From the NCBI GenBank assembly GCA_904379005.1, contig CAJFHH010000014.1, positions 13,556-77,555 of the forward strand: a stretch of DNA of 64,000 nt, given 5' to 3'. Under the pieces are notes generated by a model. The model did not search any database and was not told the DNA's origin. It saw only the letters and a program-made list of their open reading frames with translations. This document shows, piece after piece, positions 1 through 10,027 of this stretch. The DNA comes from Candidatus Neoclostridium roslinense (lineage in GTDB: Bacteria; Bacillota; Clostridia; Christensenellales; Pumilibacteraceae). The first letter of the stretch is position 1; each line of letters opens with the position of its first letter. Made by a program: the position numbers and the translations under genes.

Positions 1-2
1 AT

Positions 3-1826
3 GAGTTTTTACGGGTGGAACACCTAAAAAAATACTTTGTAATCGAAAAAAGTCTGTTGGGTAAGCCGCTGCGCTATCTCAAAGCCGTCGACGACGTGTC
101 GTTCACGCTGGAGCGCGGCAAGACGATAGGCGTCGTGGGCGAATCGGGCTGCGGCAAAACCACGCTCGGCAGAACGATATTAAAACTTTACGAACCGGAC
201 GGCGGAAAAATATTTTTCGAAGGGCAGGAAATTACTTCGCTCAACAAAAAGAACATGCGCAAATTCCGCACCGATATGCAGCTGGTCTTCCAGGACCCGT
301 ACTCGTCGCTGCCGCCCCGTATGACCGTGGGCAGCCTTATATCCGAAGGCGTAAAGGTGCACAAAGTCGTTCCCAAAGAACAAATGCACGACTACGTCAT
401 GGACATAATGCAGAAGTGCGGCTTGCAGCCCCAGTATTACGACCGCTATCCGCATGAATTTTCGGGCGGACAGCGTCAGCGTATATGCATTGCGCGCGCG
501 CTTGCCGTCAAACCCAAGCTCGTCATTTGCGACGAACCGGTTTCGGCGCTGGACGTGTCCATTCAGGCGCAGATAATAAATCTGCTTAAAGAGCTGCAAA
601 ACGATATGGGACTGACGTACGTTTTCATATCGCACGACCTGTCGGTTGTAAAATACATCACCGATTCGGTGCTCGTCATGTACCTGGGCAATATGATGGA
701 AAAGGGCGACACGGACGAGATTTTCAACAACCCGCTACATCCGTACACCAAGGCGTTGTTTTCGGCGGTGCCCGTCCCCAATCCGGACGTCAAGATGAAC
801 CGCATCATTTTGCAGGGAGACATTCCGTCGCCCGCAAATCCGCCCAAAGGCTGTAAATTCCACACGCGCTGTTCGTCGTGCATGAACGTATGCAAGTTCG
901 TCGACCCCAAATACGCGGAAGTTTCGCCCAATCACTTTGTGGCGTGCCATCTTTACGACAGCGAAATAATGTCTAATCTCAGCGAATATGACGCCCGGTG
1001 GGAAGAACTCGAACGGCAGCGCATCGCCGAGGAAGAGGCGAAAAAATTAAAGAAAAAACACTCCGCCGAGCAGCAGGAGACGCCCGAAAAAGCAGAAGAC
1101 GCCGCTTTGGAGACGCCCGAGGAAGTGCTCGCCGAGGAAGAAACCGCCGCTGATACGTACGAGGACGCCGAAAAAGAGGAAGAACTCGCCGCTACCATCG
1201 ACAGCGCCGAACAGGAAGAGGAACAGGACTTCGAGCAGGACGACGAGAGCGCCGATATCGAGGACGAAGACGAAGAAGAGGACGAAAGCGCCGTCGGTCC
1301 GGACGGCTCCGGAGTGTTGCCTTCTTTTGCCGGCGGCAGACTGAGAATACGCAGCAAGTACAACAAGTCGTTTACGGCCAAACTCATGCTGTCTCCGGAC
1401 AACATAAAGCAGTATTACTGCGAAGTGGCAAACGAGCTGTTGGCGTACAAAAAAGTCACCTACCGTATGCATTGGAAACAGTCGTCTTTGCGCGCGGGCA
1501 TGAAAACGCTGGCAAAGTTTACAATACGCGGTGCGACGCTGTGTCTGTATCTGGCGCTCGATCCGCAGGAATACCTGCATACAAAATACGCGGCAAAGGA
1601 TATGTCCGCGGTAAAACGCTATGCCGCCGTGCCGGTACGCGTCAAAATCAAGTCGCCGCGCGGTGTGAGATATGCCAAAGAGCTGATGCACAAGCTGGCG
1701 GAAAAAAACAATCTCGTCACGGCAAGAGTGCAAAAAACAGTGCTTGACGCATCGGAGTTCCCGACCGACACCATCGAAAACCTGGTGCAGAAGGGATATA
1801 TAAAACAAAATCCCGACGCGCTGTGA
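3..1826 (+). CDS. Oligopeptide/dipeptide ABC transporter ATP-binding protein (OppF/DppF-like), 5' end probably outside the window, fused to an acidic linker plus an uncharacterised C-terminal domain
   Basis: Walker A GESGCGKTT, ABC signature FSGGQRQR and Walker B LVICDEPVSALD are present. The OppF-type C-terminal Cys cluster (GCKFHTRC..C..VC) ends near aa 320 (HFVACHLY). The frame is open back to base 3 (EFLRVEHLKKYF), so the true start lies upstream of the window. The ORF then runs about 280 aa past the normal end. Confidence 0.85.
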   Translation, partial: EFLRVEHLKKYFVIEKSLLGKPLRYLKAVDDVSFTLERGKTIGVVGESGCGKTTLGRTILKLYEPDGGKIFFEGQEITSLNKKNMRKFRTDMQLVFQDPYSSLPPRMTVGSLISEGVKVHKVVPKEQMHDYVMDIMQKCGLQPQYYDRYPHEFSGGQRQRICIARALAVKPKLVICDEPVSALDVSIQAQIINLLKELQNDMGLTYVFISHDLSVVKYITDSVLVMYLGNMMEKGDTDEIFNNPLHPYTKALFSAVPVPNPDVKMNRIILQGDIPSPANPPKGCKFHTRCSSCMNVCKFVDPKYAEVSPNHFVACHLYDSEIMSNLSEYDARWEELERQRIAEEEAKKLKKKHSAEQQETPEKAEDAALETPEEVLAEEETAADTYEDAEKEEELAATIDSAEQEEEQDFEQDDESADIEDEDEEEDESAVGPDGSGVLPSFAGGRLRIRSKYNKSFTAKLMLSPDNIKQYYCEVANELLAYKKVTYRMHWKQSSLRAGMKTLAKFTIRGATLCLYLALDPQEYLHTKYAAKDMSAVKRYAAVPVRVKIKSPRGVRYAKELMHKLAEKNNLVTARVQKTVLDASEFPTDTIENLVQKGYIKQNPDAL

Positions 1827-1844
1827 TAAAAGCAGGCTGTTATA

Positions 1845-2081
1845 ATGAAAAAAAACGATAAAAAAAAGAAAAAAAGGGCGTTCGTGGACGATGGCCGCAC
1901 TATTTATGATATGAGCGGGCTCAATCCGGATGGGAAAAAGGATAAAGAACCTATTGGTTTATCCCGTAAGGAAAGATGGGCAGCGATAAAGGCGGCATTT
2001 TGGGTTTACGGACGCGTTTTTCTTTTGGTGCTCATAGGTTTTGCCATAGCGGGCGTGTTCATGTGGCTGTGGCTGCAATAA
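1845..2081 (+). CDS. Small Lys-rich protein with a single C-terminal transmembrane helix (hypothetical)
   Basis: 78-aa ORF with a poly-K N-terminus (KKNDKKKKKRAF) and the hydrophobic stretch VFLLVLIGFAIAGVFMWLWL. The RBS is weak. Confidence 0.4.
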   Translation: MKKNDKKKKKRAFVDDGRTIYDMSGLNPDGKKDKEPIGLSRKERWAAIKAAFWVYGRVFLLVLIGFAIAGVFMWLWLQ

Positions 2082-2258
2082 ACAATTACCCCCGCCGCCG
2101 AAACGCCGTTACTTATAATAATTCCGGCAAAACCGCCCGAATAAAAAACGTCGGGAAAGAAAGAAACCGCATTTTTACGAAAAAAAACGAAAATTTTTAC
2201 AAAAAAGCCGTCACGAGTGAAAAATGTATGAAATATTCACCAATACTAAGTTCATCGT

Positions 2259-2287
2259 TTGACCTCGCCGCAAAATAGTTTTATAAT
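2259..2287 (+). promoter_or_regulatory. Sigma-A type promoter upstream of the giant surface protein gene
   Basis: TTGACC (2259-2264), 17-nt spacer, TATAAT (2282-2287), about 30 nt upstream of the AAGGAG RBS and ATG at 2317. Confidence 0.5.
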
Positions 2288-2316
2288 GTACGGCATATAG
2301 ACAAGGAGTATAAATT

Positions 2317-5300
2317 ATGCGTAAAAAAATCCTATCGATTCTACTCTGCTTTGCTTTACTGGCGAGCGTTGCCGCGTGCACGACTACCGGCAGCGCCGTT
2401 CCGGAACACAGTTCCGATAGTCAGCAGCTGATGATTCTGCGCACCGACCTAAAACTGTCGCAGGAAGACATTGCGTCGCAGATAAAAGCCGAATATCTTC
2501 TACAAAACAACGGCTATAAAGACGACGACGTCGTTGTCGCAATAATCAAACTGCCCGGAAACGCGCTCATAGATACCTACCTTGCCGGCAGCAAATATCC
2601 GACGGTAGCCGATTATGTCGCCTCGCCCGAAGGCCAGGCTCAGGCTGCCAAGCTTGCCGCAAATCAGGACGCACTTATAGACGAACTGACGGATAAAGGC
2701 ATGATAGAAGAGGTTTTGTACCGCTATGACACACTTACAAACGCCATAGCCGTCGAAACCACATACGGCGATTTCAAAAAAATGGACAAAGTCAGCCGCG
2801 CATCGGCGGCATATTTGTCCGATACCTACAACCGTCCGCAGGAAACGTCGGTAAGCACCGACGCTTCGGGTGTGGTAAATATCGTGGATATTTACGAGAC
2901 GGGTATTTTCAATTCCAGCAGCGTGCCCTATACGGGAAAGGGAACGTCGGTGGCAATACTGGATTCGGGCTTTGACTGCTCGCATGCGGTATTTTCCACC
3001 CAGCCCGACGTGCCCGACGACCAGCTGGCCGTGACGAGAGAAACCATTTCGACGGTTCTCGGCAACACCAATGCCGCAAAGACCACCGAGGGCTTGCAGG
3101 TAAACGACGTCTATTACAGCAAAAAAATACCGTATGCTTACGATTACGCCGATAAAGATTACGACGTATTCCCCTATGATTCCGACCACGGCACGCACGT
3201 AGGCGGCATCATCGGCGGCAGCACACCCGAATGGTCCCAGACCGCGGACGAAAAGGGTATCGTAGGCGTGGCTGTGGATACTCAGCTGGTATTCATGAAA
3301 GTGTTCCCCGATCTTCAGCAAGGCGGCGAAACGGAGGACATCGTTGCGGCGGTGGAAGACGCCGTTGTATTGGGCGTGGACGCCATAAACATGTCGCTGG
3401 GCTCTTCGTGCGGTTTTACCCGTGAAGAAGACGGCAGCTACATCAACGATATTTACGACAAAGTCAACGAGGCGGGCGTAAGCCTTATTGTCGCGGCCAG
3501 CAACGATTACAGCTCGGCTCAGGGCGGCGAACAGGGAAACACCAACATGACCACCAACCCCGATTCGGCTACGGTAGGTTCGCCCTCCACTTATAACGCG
3601 TCTCTGTCCGTTGCCTCCATCAGCGGAACAAAGAGCAGATATTTTGTCGCCAACGGCAGCGACGTCGTGTTCTACACCGAGTCCAGCGCCACCGCGGCAA
3701 AGAAAAACGACTTCTTTGAAGATTTGTACACCTTGATGGGTTGGGACATGAACGACAACTCGCCCCACACTCTCGAATATGTCACCGTTCCCGGCGTAGG
3801 CCTCAGGGTCAACTATTCCAACATCGACGTCAAGGGCAAAGTAGCTCTTGTCCGCCGCGGCGACAACACATTCGAAGACAAGGCGTTGCAGGCCAAAAAT
3901 GCCGGCGCCATCGCTTGTATAATTTACAACAACGTCGAAGGCGACATAAGCATGACCATCGGTAAAACCGATAACATACCCACCATTTCTATAAGCAAGG
4001 CGAACGGAAGCGCGCTTGCCAAACGCTCTTCGGGCACGCTCGTGATAAGTTCGGACAACCAGGCCGGACCCTTCATGTCCGACTTCTCCAGCTGGGGACC
4101 CAATCCCGACCTTGAACTCAAACCCGAAATTACCGCGCACGGCGGCAACATAAAATCGTCCATCCCGGGCGGCGCGTACGACGAATTGTCCGGCACCTCC
4201 ATGGCTTGCCCCAACCTTTGCGGCATAACGGTGCTCATTCGTCAGTACGTCAAGGAGAATTTCCCTGATTTGAGCGCCGTCGAAGTCAAGACGATGACCA
4301 ACAGACTTTTAATGTCCACCGCGACCATCGCGCTTGACGAAGAAGGAATTCCCTATTCGCCCCGTAAGCAGGGAGCGGGACTTGCCAGCCTCAAAAAGGT
4401 CGTCTCCACGGGCGCGTACGTTTCCGTCGACGACAGCGACAAGGCAAAACTCGATTTAAAGGACGATCCCGAGCGCACCGGCGTTTACGAGATGAACTTT
4501 AACATAGTAAACTTCTCGGACAGAGAAATTACTTATGATCTCAGCATTTTGGGCATGACCGAAAGCATATCCACTTCCGACGAGCGTTTCGTCGCGGAGA
4601 CAGGCTATATTCTCGGCGGCACCACCACCGTTACAAGCGCCGTATCGGGCGCCGTAAACGGCATGACCGTTACCGTGCCTGCCGGTCAGACCGTGCCCGT
4701 GACGGCCACTTATACGCTTACTCAGGCGGATAAAGATTATTTTACAAGATATTTTACTTACGGATATTATGTCGAAGGTTTTGTGCAGCTGGACGCTCAG
4801 GGCGAGGAAGAAACCGACCTCAACGTGCCCTTCCTTGCATACTACGGCGACTGGACGGAAGCGCCCATGTTCGACGCGACGTATTACGAAGTGGACCGCG
4901 ATAAAAACGACGCGTCCTTAAACGAAGAGGATAAGCTTAAAGCCGACTACTATGCGACGACGCCTTACGGCTCGTATATGCACAACTACATTATCCCGCT
5001 GGGCACTTATCTTTACACCATCGACACCAACTCCTACGATCCCATTCCCGCCAACATGGATCACATTGCTCTTTCCGATTCCTTCGGAACGATAGACGGT
5101 CTGTCCACTATTTACGCGGGACTGCTGAGAAACGCCAAGACAATGGACTTTACCATTACCGACAAGGTGACGGGCGAAGTCATATGGAGCAAGACCGAAT
5201 ACAATGCGATAAAGGCTCATTCCAACGGCGGCACTCCTATCCCGTACTTCAACCAGCTTAAACTCAAATCTTCCGAATTGGGATTGGTAAACAACCGCGT

Positions 5301-8300
5301 TTACGAATTCAAGATGGTGGGCAAACTGGATTACGGCGACGGCGGAGCCACCACAAACGCTCGCAATACGTTTACGTTTGACTTTACTTTCGACAACGAG
5401 GCGCCCGTGCTGCGCGACTGCGTATACGAAAGAGAGTGGGACAGAACGCAGGAAAAATACCGCTACTATATCACGCTCACCATTTACGACAACCACTATG
5501 TGCAGTCGGTATCGCCGATAATGTTTATATCGAATTCATCGTACACTATGTTGTCGGATACGCCCATTCCCGTATATTCTTCCAAGAATACGGACAACAC
5601 GGTGCGTTTTGAAATTACCGATTACCTTGAAGACGTGGGATACGACGCCATGCTTTCGGGAGGACTGGCATTCTCCATCGACGACTATGCGTTGAATTCC
5701 AACATCTACGTCTGCCAGCTGCCCGGCTCTAACGGCGACCTCAAGTTTACCAGCGACGGCACGATGGAAGGCAACCCCATCAACGTCGTCACCGTTTACG
5801 AGGACGAAGTGGTGGATCTTACCGAACTGTTGGCGTCTTCCGACGAAAAGCTCGATCCCGATAAAGATTATCTCAAATATCTCACGTGGGAGAGTTCCAA
5901 TCCCGAAATCGCCGAGGTCAAGGAAGGCCTTGTAAGGGGCATTGCGCCCGGCCGCACGACCGTAACGGTGTTGAGACGCGGAATTGTTTCCGGCGAAATG
6001 CTGCCGACAAGACAGGCAACTATAGTCATCAACGTTCGCTCCCGCAGCAGTATGCCCAATACCACGGCCGCAGCAGATACCGTAACGAACGGCATGGCGA
6101 AAAACAAACAGACTGCATTGGCGGCTAAAGCGGAGACGCTGGCGGCAACCGCCGCACCCAGAGCGGGCGACGGAGTGTCCGACGTCAACGACGCCACCGT
6201 CAAAGCACTGAGATTTGCTTACTTTGACACCATTTTCGCTTACGACAACGCAGCGGGAACGTCCGACATAGGCAAAACGGGTTCGAGAACCTTTGTTTCC
6301 TCTGCCGGCGGCTCCGTTTCCATGTACCCGGGCGAAATAATAGATCTTGAATGCGATCTCGATCCGTGGTATGTGGCGGACAAATATACCATATCCTTTT
6401 CGTCCACCAACCCCACCGTTGCGACGGTGGATCAAAACGGACGCGTTACGGCGGTAAAAGAGGGCTCGACCACCATCGTGGCGTCGCTGCCCGGCTCGAA
6501 CATTATGGCGCGTATACGTATCGCCGTCCAGGATCCCTTCATCGTCGAAAATTACGAACTGGTTTCGTATAAGGGTGTCCCCGAAAACGGCGTGGTGGAA
6601 ATTCCCGAAGACGAAGGCGTGCTGTATATAGGCGCGTATGCGTTCTGCCTGTACACCACCGACCGCAACGTCGAAGTAAACGAAGACGACTGGGATAAAA
6701 ACAAAATTCCCGGCACCAACAATACAATCGAAAAGATTATTATTCCCGATACCGTTGAGGAAATAAGAAAATACGCTTTTTACAACTGCACCGAATTGAA
6801 GGAAGTGGAAATAAAGGGCGAAGTAAGATACCTTAGGGAATACGCGTTCTACAACGACAGCAAGCTGGAGAGAGTCAATCTCGAAAACGTGGAAGTAATA
6901 GGCGCAAGAGCTTTTTACGGATGCACGTCGCTTAAAGAAGTCAATCTCGACAAATGCTATTCCATCGGCGTAAGCGCGTTTGAAGGATGCACGGGACTTA
7001 GCTCCGTCGACCTTACGGCGCTTCGCAACGCAGGCAGCTATATGTTCAGAAACTGCGTCAACATTAAGTCGGTGGTTTTGAGCGCGGACACAAAGCTGTC
7101 GTATGGCGCGTTTATAAAGTCGGGACTTACGTCCGTCGATTTGTACGCCAATCTCGTGCCCGAAATGTGCTTTGCCCAGTGCGACTATCTCCAAAGAGTA
7201 ACGATACACAACGATATGATGTATATCGACGCGGCGGCATTCAGCCAAAACCCAAAACTCACGACGGTTGAGTTTAACGCGGATATAGATCTTATCGGAG
7301 AAAGAGCGTTTTACGACTGCGACGCTTTGCGGCAAATCACCCTGCCCGACGGTAATGTGACGTTGGCGCGTCAGGCGTTTGCCGATTGCGCGGTGCTTAC
7401 AACCGTCAATATTCCCGCAAACTGCGCAATAGACGCAATAGAGGGCGCGGTTTTTGCCGGCTCGGCGGTTACGACGTTTGAAGTAAATTCCGCCAACGGC
7501 AATTTGGCGGCGGCGCAGGACAAAGCGGTGCTTACAAACGGCGACGGAACGTCGATATTGGCGGTGGCGCCTGCTGCCGTCGACGGCGAATTTACCGTTG
7601 ACGCCCAAGTGGAAAATATTTATGCCGGAGCTTTCGGCGGCAGCGGAGTTACCGTTGTCATCATCGAAAACCCCGACATCACCATAGGAAGATATGCTTT
7701 TGAAGCTTGCGACAGTCTCGAAAAGGTGGTGTTCCCCGCCGAGGCCGGACAGAGCGTTATAGGCGACTATGCGTTCTATTACTGCCAGAGCCTTACCGAG
7801 GCCGAAAATCTCTCCTCTGTCGCCGAAATAGGCTCTTACGCCTTTGCTTACAGCGCAATAGCGGAGGCGGAGATAGGAGCAAACGCCACAGTGGGCGATT
7901 ATGCATTTATCAGCAGCAGAATTAAAAACGTCATAATAGGAGCGGGCGCGAATATAGGATACGGAGCGTTCCAGTCGTGCAACAACCTTACGACTGTCGC
8001 CATGCCGGCAGAAGGCGGAGTGCACTTCGGTCCGTACAGTTTCTCCAACGCCGCGTCGCTTCAGGATATCGATTTGACGAAAACCGACGGCATTATCGAA
8101 GCGGGAGCGTTTTACGGATGCACGGCGCTGCGCAAGGTAAATCTTGCGGGCGTGCGCGTTATCGGCGACCTTGCGTTTGCCGACTGCGCACTGCTGTCCG
8201 AAGTGGTCGTGCCCGACGTGGAAGAAATCGGCGCGAGAGCTTTTGCTAAATACGATCAGAATCTCGGTTCGGCTCCGTCGTTCACACAGATAACGCTGCC

Positions 8301-9990
8301 CGAAACGCTGGTAAAACTGGGCGAAGGCGCCTTTGAGCGTCAAACGGCTTTGACGAGCATCACGCTGCCGTCGTCGCTTAGCCCCGCGAATATCGGCACC
8401 GGCGTCTTTTATATGGCAACCGGACTCAAAAGCGTTACGCTGCCGCAAAATATGCATACTATAAGAGCGAATATGTTTTACGGATGCGCGATGCTTTCGT
8501 CCGTCAATCTCGAAAACGTCGCCGTCATCGAAGACAATGCCTTTTACAACTGTTTCTCCCTTACTTCCGTAGATTTGTCATCGGCGGAAACAATAGGCAA
8601 TTCGGCGTTTGCGCACGTGCCGCTTGCCGGCGACATCAATGCCGAAAACCTTGTAAAAGTGGGCGATTACGCGTTTGAGAGCGATCAGGAAATTTCCGCG
8701 TCGGCCATCACGTCCTTCACCGCACCCAAACTGCAGGAAATAGGCGAAGGCGCTTTTACCGGCGTCAAGACGCTTACCGAATTTGTTTTTTCCGGCGACT
8801 TGAAAAAAGTGGGAGTTCAGGCTTTTTATGACTGCACGGGCATCACGTCCTACTATTTCACGGACGCCGAAGGCCACAAAGTCGCAACGGGTGAAATAAA
8901 CGGCTACGCATATCTTGACGACGGCAGTCTGTACGTCGTTCTGCCCAACGGAAAATACATGCTCGAATCCGTGCCCGCAGGAAAGACGGGAACGCTGACC
9001 GTAATGGAAAAGACCGTCAAAATCGACAAATACGCCGGCAGCAAAAACGCCAACATAACGGAGATAGTGCTGCCCATGACGCTCAAGTCGGTGGGCATAA
9101 GCGCCTTCTACGGATACACCTCTTTGCAGCAAGTGGAATTCCGCTCCGTCAACGCGCCCGCGCTGGAATTCGAGAAAGTGGAAAACGTCAGACTTGAAGC
9201 AGGCGATCCCGGCTACGAAAAACTGTACGGCGAATATCAACTGTTCGGACTGGATCTGACGTATTACAACTTCATCGATCTGCTTGGAAAGAAAGCGCCC
9301 ATCAAGATGGTGCTGCCCTCCAACAGCGATATAAGCGGTTATGATTCGCTGATTTACGAAGTGTATTTCGGAGAACTTTCGGACGCCGAAAGAAGCGATT
9401 TCGTCGCGATGGAAAACAATATGGCGCTCTTTATCGAATACGCCGAACAAATCATGAAAATCGAGCAGATCACGATGGCGGACGAAGACCTGGTGCAAAA
9501 CGCCGTTACGGCATACAACGCAATAAAGACCGATTATAAGGACTTTGGTTACAGCGATGATGAATGGAACGCCATGGTGACGGCCGCTCAGCAGGCCAGC
9601 GACTATATCAAGGAACTGCGTTTCTCGCACGCCAGCTACGAAATTAAGCAGCTGCAGGAAAAGATAAATTCGCTTGCCGGCGAATACGATCCCGCAAAGA
9701 TTCCCGTAATGGAAGACATTCAGGCGCGTTTGAGACTGCTGACCGGCAGCGAGCGCGAGGTGCTGGACCTTACTTATTACAATCAGTATGTCGCCGAATA
9801 CGAGAAACATCAAAACGATCAGCCGGTAGATCCCGATCCCGATAATCCCGAAAATCCTGAAAATCCCGAAAATCCCGGTACGGGCAATTCGTGCGGAAAT
9901 TGTTCGTCGAAAGTCGGCTTCGAGAGCGTGGGATTGCTTGCTACGGCTTTGGTTGCGGCGTTCTTTGTCATGAAAAGACGCACAAAATAA
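2317..9990 (+). CDS. Giant cell-surface lipoprotein: subtilisin-family (S8) serine protease with PA-domain insert, Big_2-like domains, long BspA-type leucine-rich repeat array and C-terminal membrane anchor
   Basis: Lipobox LLASVAAC (Cys21). S8 triad motifs are VAILDSGFD (D216, nt 2962), SDHGTHVGG and LSGTSMACP. A PA-like insert reads GKVALVRRGDNTFEDKALQAKNAGAIA. Big_2-like segments are LTWESSNPEIAEVKEGLVRGIAPGRTTVTV and ISFSSTNPTVATVDQNGRVTAVKEGSTTIVA. More than twenty IGxxAFxxCxxLxxV LRR units span about nt 6590-9140. PEN repeats are followed by the TM helix LLATALVAAFFVM-KRRTK. A strong RBS (AAGGAG) precedes the start. Confidence 0.85.
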   Translation: MRKKILSILLCFALLASVAACTTTGSAVPEHSSDSQQLMILRTDLKLSQEDIASQIKAEYLLQNNGYKDDDVVVAIIKLPGNALIDTYLAGSKYPTVADYVASPEGQAQAAKLAANQDALIDELTDKGMIEEVLYRYDTLTNAIAVETTYGDFKKMDKVSRASAAYLSDTYNRPQETSVSTDASGVVNIVDIYETGIFNSSSVPYTGKGTSVAILDSGFDCSHAVFSTQPDVPDDQLAVTRETISTVLGNTNAAKTTEGLQVNDVYYSKKIPYAYDYADKDYDVFPYDSDHGTHVGGIIGGSTPEWSQTADEKGIVGVAVDTQLVFMKVFPDLQQGGETEDIVAAVEDAVVLGVDAINMSLGSSCGFTREEDGSYINDIYDKVNEAGVSLIVAASNDYSSAQGGEQGNTNMTTNPDSATVGSPSTYNASLSVASISGTKSRYFVANGSDVVFYTESSATAAKKNDFFEDLYTLMGWDMNDNSPHTLEYVTVPGVGLRVNYSNIDVKGKVALVRRGDNTFEDKALQAKNAGAIACIIYNNVEGDISMTIGKTDNIPTISISKANGSALAKRSSGTLVISSDNQAGPFMSDFSSWGPNPDLELKPEITAHGGNIKSSIPGGAYDELSGTSMACPNLCGITVLIRQYVKENFPDLSAVEVKTMTNRLLMSTATIALDEEGIPYSPRKQGAGLASLKKVVSTGAYVSVDDSDKAKLDLKDDPERTGVYEMNFNIVNFSDREITYDLSILGMTESISTSDERFVAETGYILGGTTTVTSAVSGAVNGMTVTVPAGQTVPVTATYTLTQADKDYFTRYFTYGYYVEGFVQLDAQGEEETDLNVPFLAYYGDWTEAPMFDATYYEVDRDKNDASLNEEDKLKADYYATTPYGSYMHNYIIPLGTYLYTIDTNSYDPIPANMDHIALSDSFGTIDGLSTIYAGLLRNAKTMDFTITDKVTGEVIWSKTEYNAIKAHSNGGTPIPYFNQLKLKSSELGLVNNRVYEFKMVGKLDYGDGGATTNARNTFTFDFTFDNEAPVLRDCVYEREWDRTQEKYRYYITLTIYDNHYVQSVSPIMFISNSSYTMLSDTPIPVYSSKNTDNTVRFEITDYLEDVGYDAMLSGGLAFSIDDYALNSNIYVCQLPGSNGDLKFTSDGTMEGNPINVVTVYEDEVVDLTELLASSDEKLDPDKDYLKYLTWESSNPEIAEVKEGLVRGIAPGRTTVTVLRRGIVSGEMLPTRQATIVINVRSRSSMPNTTAAADTVTNGMAKNKQTALAAKAETLAATAAPRAGDGVSDVNDATVKALRFAYFDTIFAYDNAAGTSDIGKTGSRTFVSSAGGSVSMYPGEIIDLECDLDPWYVADKYTISFSSTNPTVATVDQNGRVTAVKEGSTTIVASLPGSNIMARIRIAVQDPFIVENYELVSYKGVPENGVVEIPEDEGVLYIGAYAFCLYTTDRNVEVNEDDWDKNKIPGTNNTIEKIIIPDTVEEIRKYAFYNCTELKEVEIKGEVRYLREYAFYNDSKLERVNLENVEVIGARAFYGCTSLKEVNLDKCYSIGVSAFEGCTGLSSVDLTALRNAGSYMFRNCVNIKSVVLSADTKLSYGAFIKSGLTSVDLYANLVPEMCFAQCDYLQRVTIHNDMMYIDAAAFSQNPKLTTVEFNADIDLIGERAFYDCDALRQITLPDGNVTLARQAFADCAVLTTVNIPANCAIDAIEGAVFAGSAVTTFEVNSANGNLAAAQDKAVLTNGDGTSILAVAPAAVDGEFTVDAQVENIYAGAFGGSGVTVVIIENPDITIGRYAFEACDSLEKVVFPAEAGQSVIGDYAFYYCQSLTEAENLSSVAEIGSYAFAYSAIAEAEIGANATVGDYAFISSRIKNVIIGAGANIGYGAFQSCNNLTTVAMPAEGGVHFGPYSFSNAASLQDIDLTKTDGIIEAGAFYGCTALRKVNLAGVRVIGDLAFADCALLSEVVVPDVEEIGARAFAKYDQNLGSAPSFTQITLPETLVKLGEGAFERQTALTSITLPSSLSPANIGTGVFYMATGLKSVTLPQNMHTIRANMFYGCAMLSSVNLENVAVIEDNAFYNCFSLTSVDLSSAETIGNSAFAHVPLAGDINAENLVKVGDYAFESDQEISASAITSFTAPKLQEIGEGAFTGVKTLTEFVFSGDLKKVGVQAFYDCTGITSYYFTDAEGHKVATGEINGYAYLDDGSLYVVLPNGKYMLESVPAGKTGTLTVMEKTVKIDKYAGSKNANITEIVLPMTLKSVGISAFYGYTSLQQVEFRSVNAPALEFEKVENVRLEAGDPGYEKLYGEYQLFGLDLTYYNFIDLLGKKAPIKMVLPSNSDISGYDSLIYEVYFGELSDAERSDFVAMENNMALFIEYAEQIMKIEQITMADEDLVQNAVTAYNAIKTDYKDFGYSDDEWNAMVTAAQQASDYIKELRFSHASYEIKQLQEKINSLAGEYDPAKIPVMEDIQARLRLLTGSEREVLDLTYYNQYVAEYEKHQNDQPVDPDPDNPENPENPENPGTGNSCGNCSSKVGFESVGLLATALVAAFFVMKRRTK
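9829..9876 (+). repeat. In-frame short tandem repeat (DP/PEN repeats) near the 3' end of the giant gene
   Basis: gatccc gatccc gataatccc followed by gaaaatccY three times (9850-9876), encoding DPDPDNPENPENPENP. Confidence 0.8.
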
Positions 9991-10027
9991 CAAATAAATC
10001 ATGTCTTAAACAGCAAGACAGCAAAAA

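Noticed and set aside
6590-9140. A CRISPR array or other non-coding repeat array. The LRR region, the collagen repeat and the copA duplication were all checked.
   Set aside because: All the periodic sequence found lies in-frame within protein-coding genes (LRR units, GXY units, linker duplication). No repeat-spacer architecture with conserved ~30-nt direct repeats exists anywhere in the window.
2500-10002. Very long antisense ORFs inside the giant gene: 2500-4140 (546 aa), 5536-8457 (973 aa) and 8578-10002 (474 aa).
   Set aside because: Their translations are low-complexity and R/G/V/H-rich, with no motifs and no RBS. They lie fully opposite a strongly supported coding frame. Such shadow ORFs are expected opposite GC3-biased genes. 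The same applies to 35927-36889 (opposite malQ), 45876-47189 (opposite the Na/Pi gene), 50440-51585 (opposite the MATE gene), 53909-54952 (opposite the CNNM gene), 55774-56805 (opposite copA) and 61926-62780 (opposite the SDR gene).
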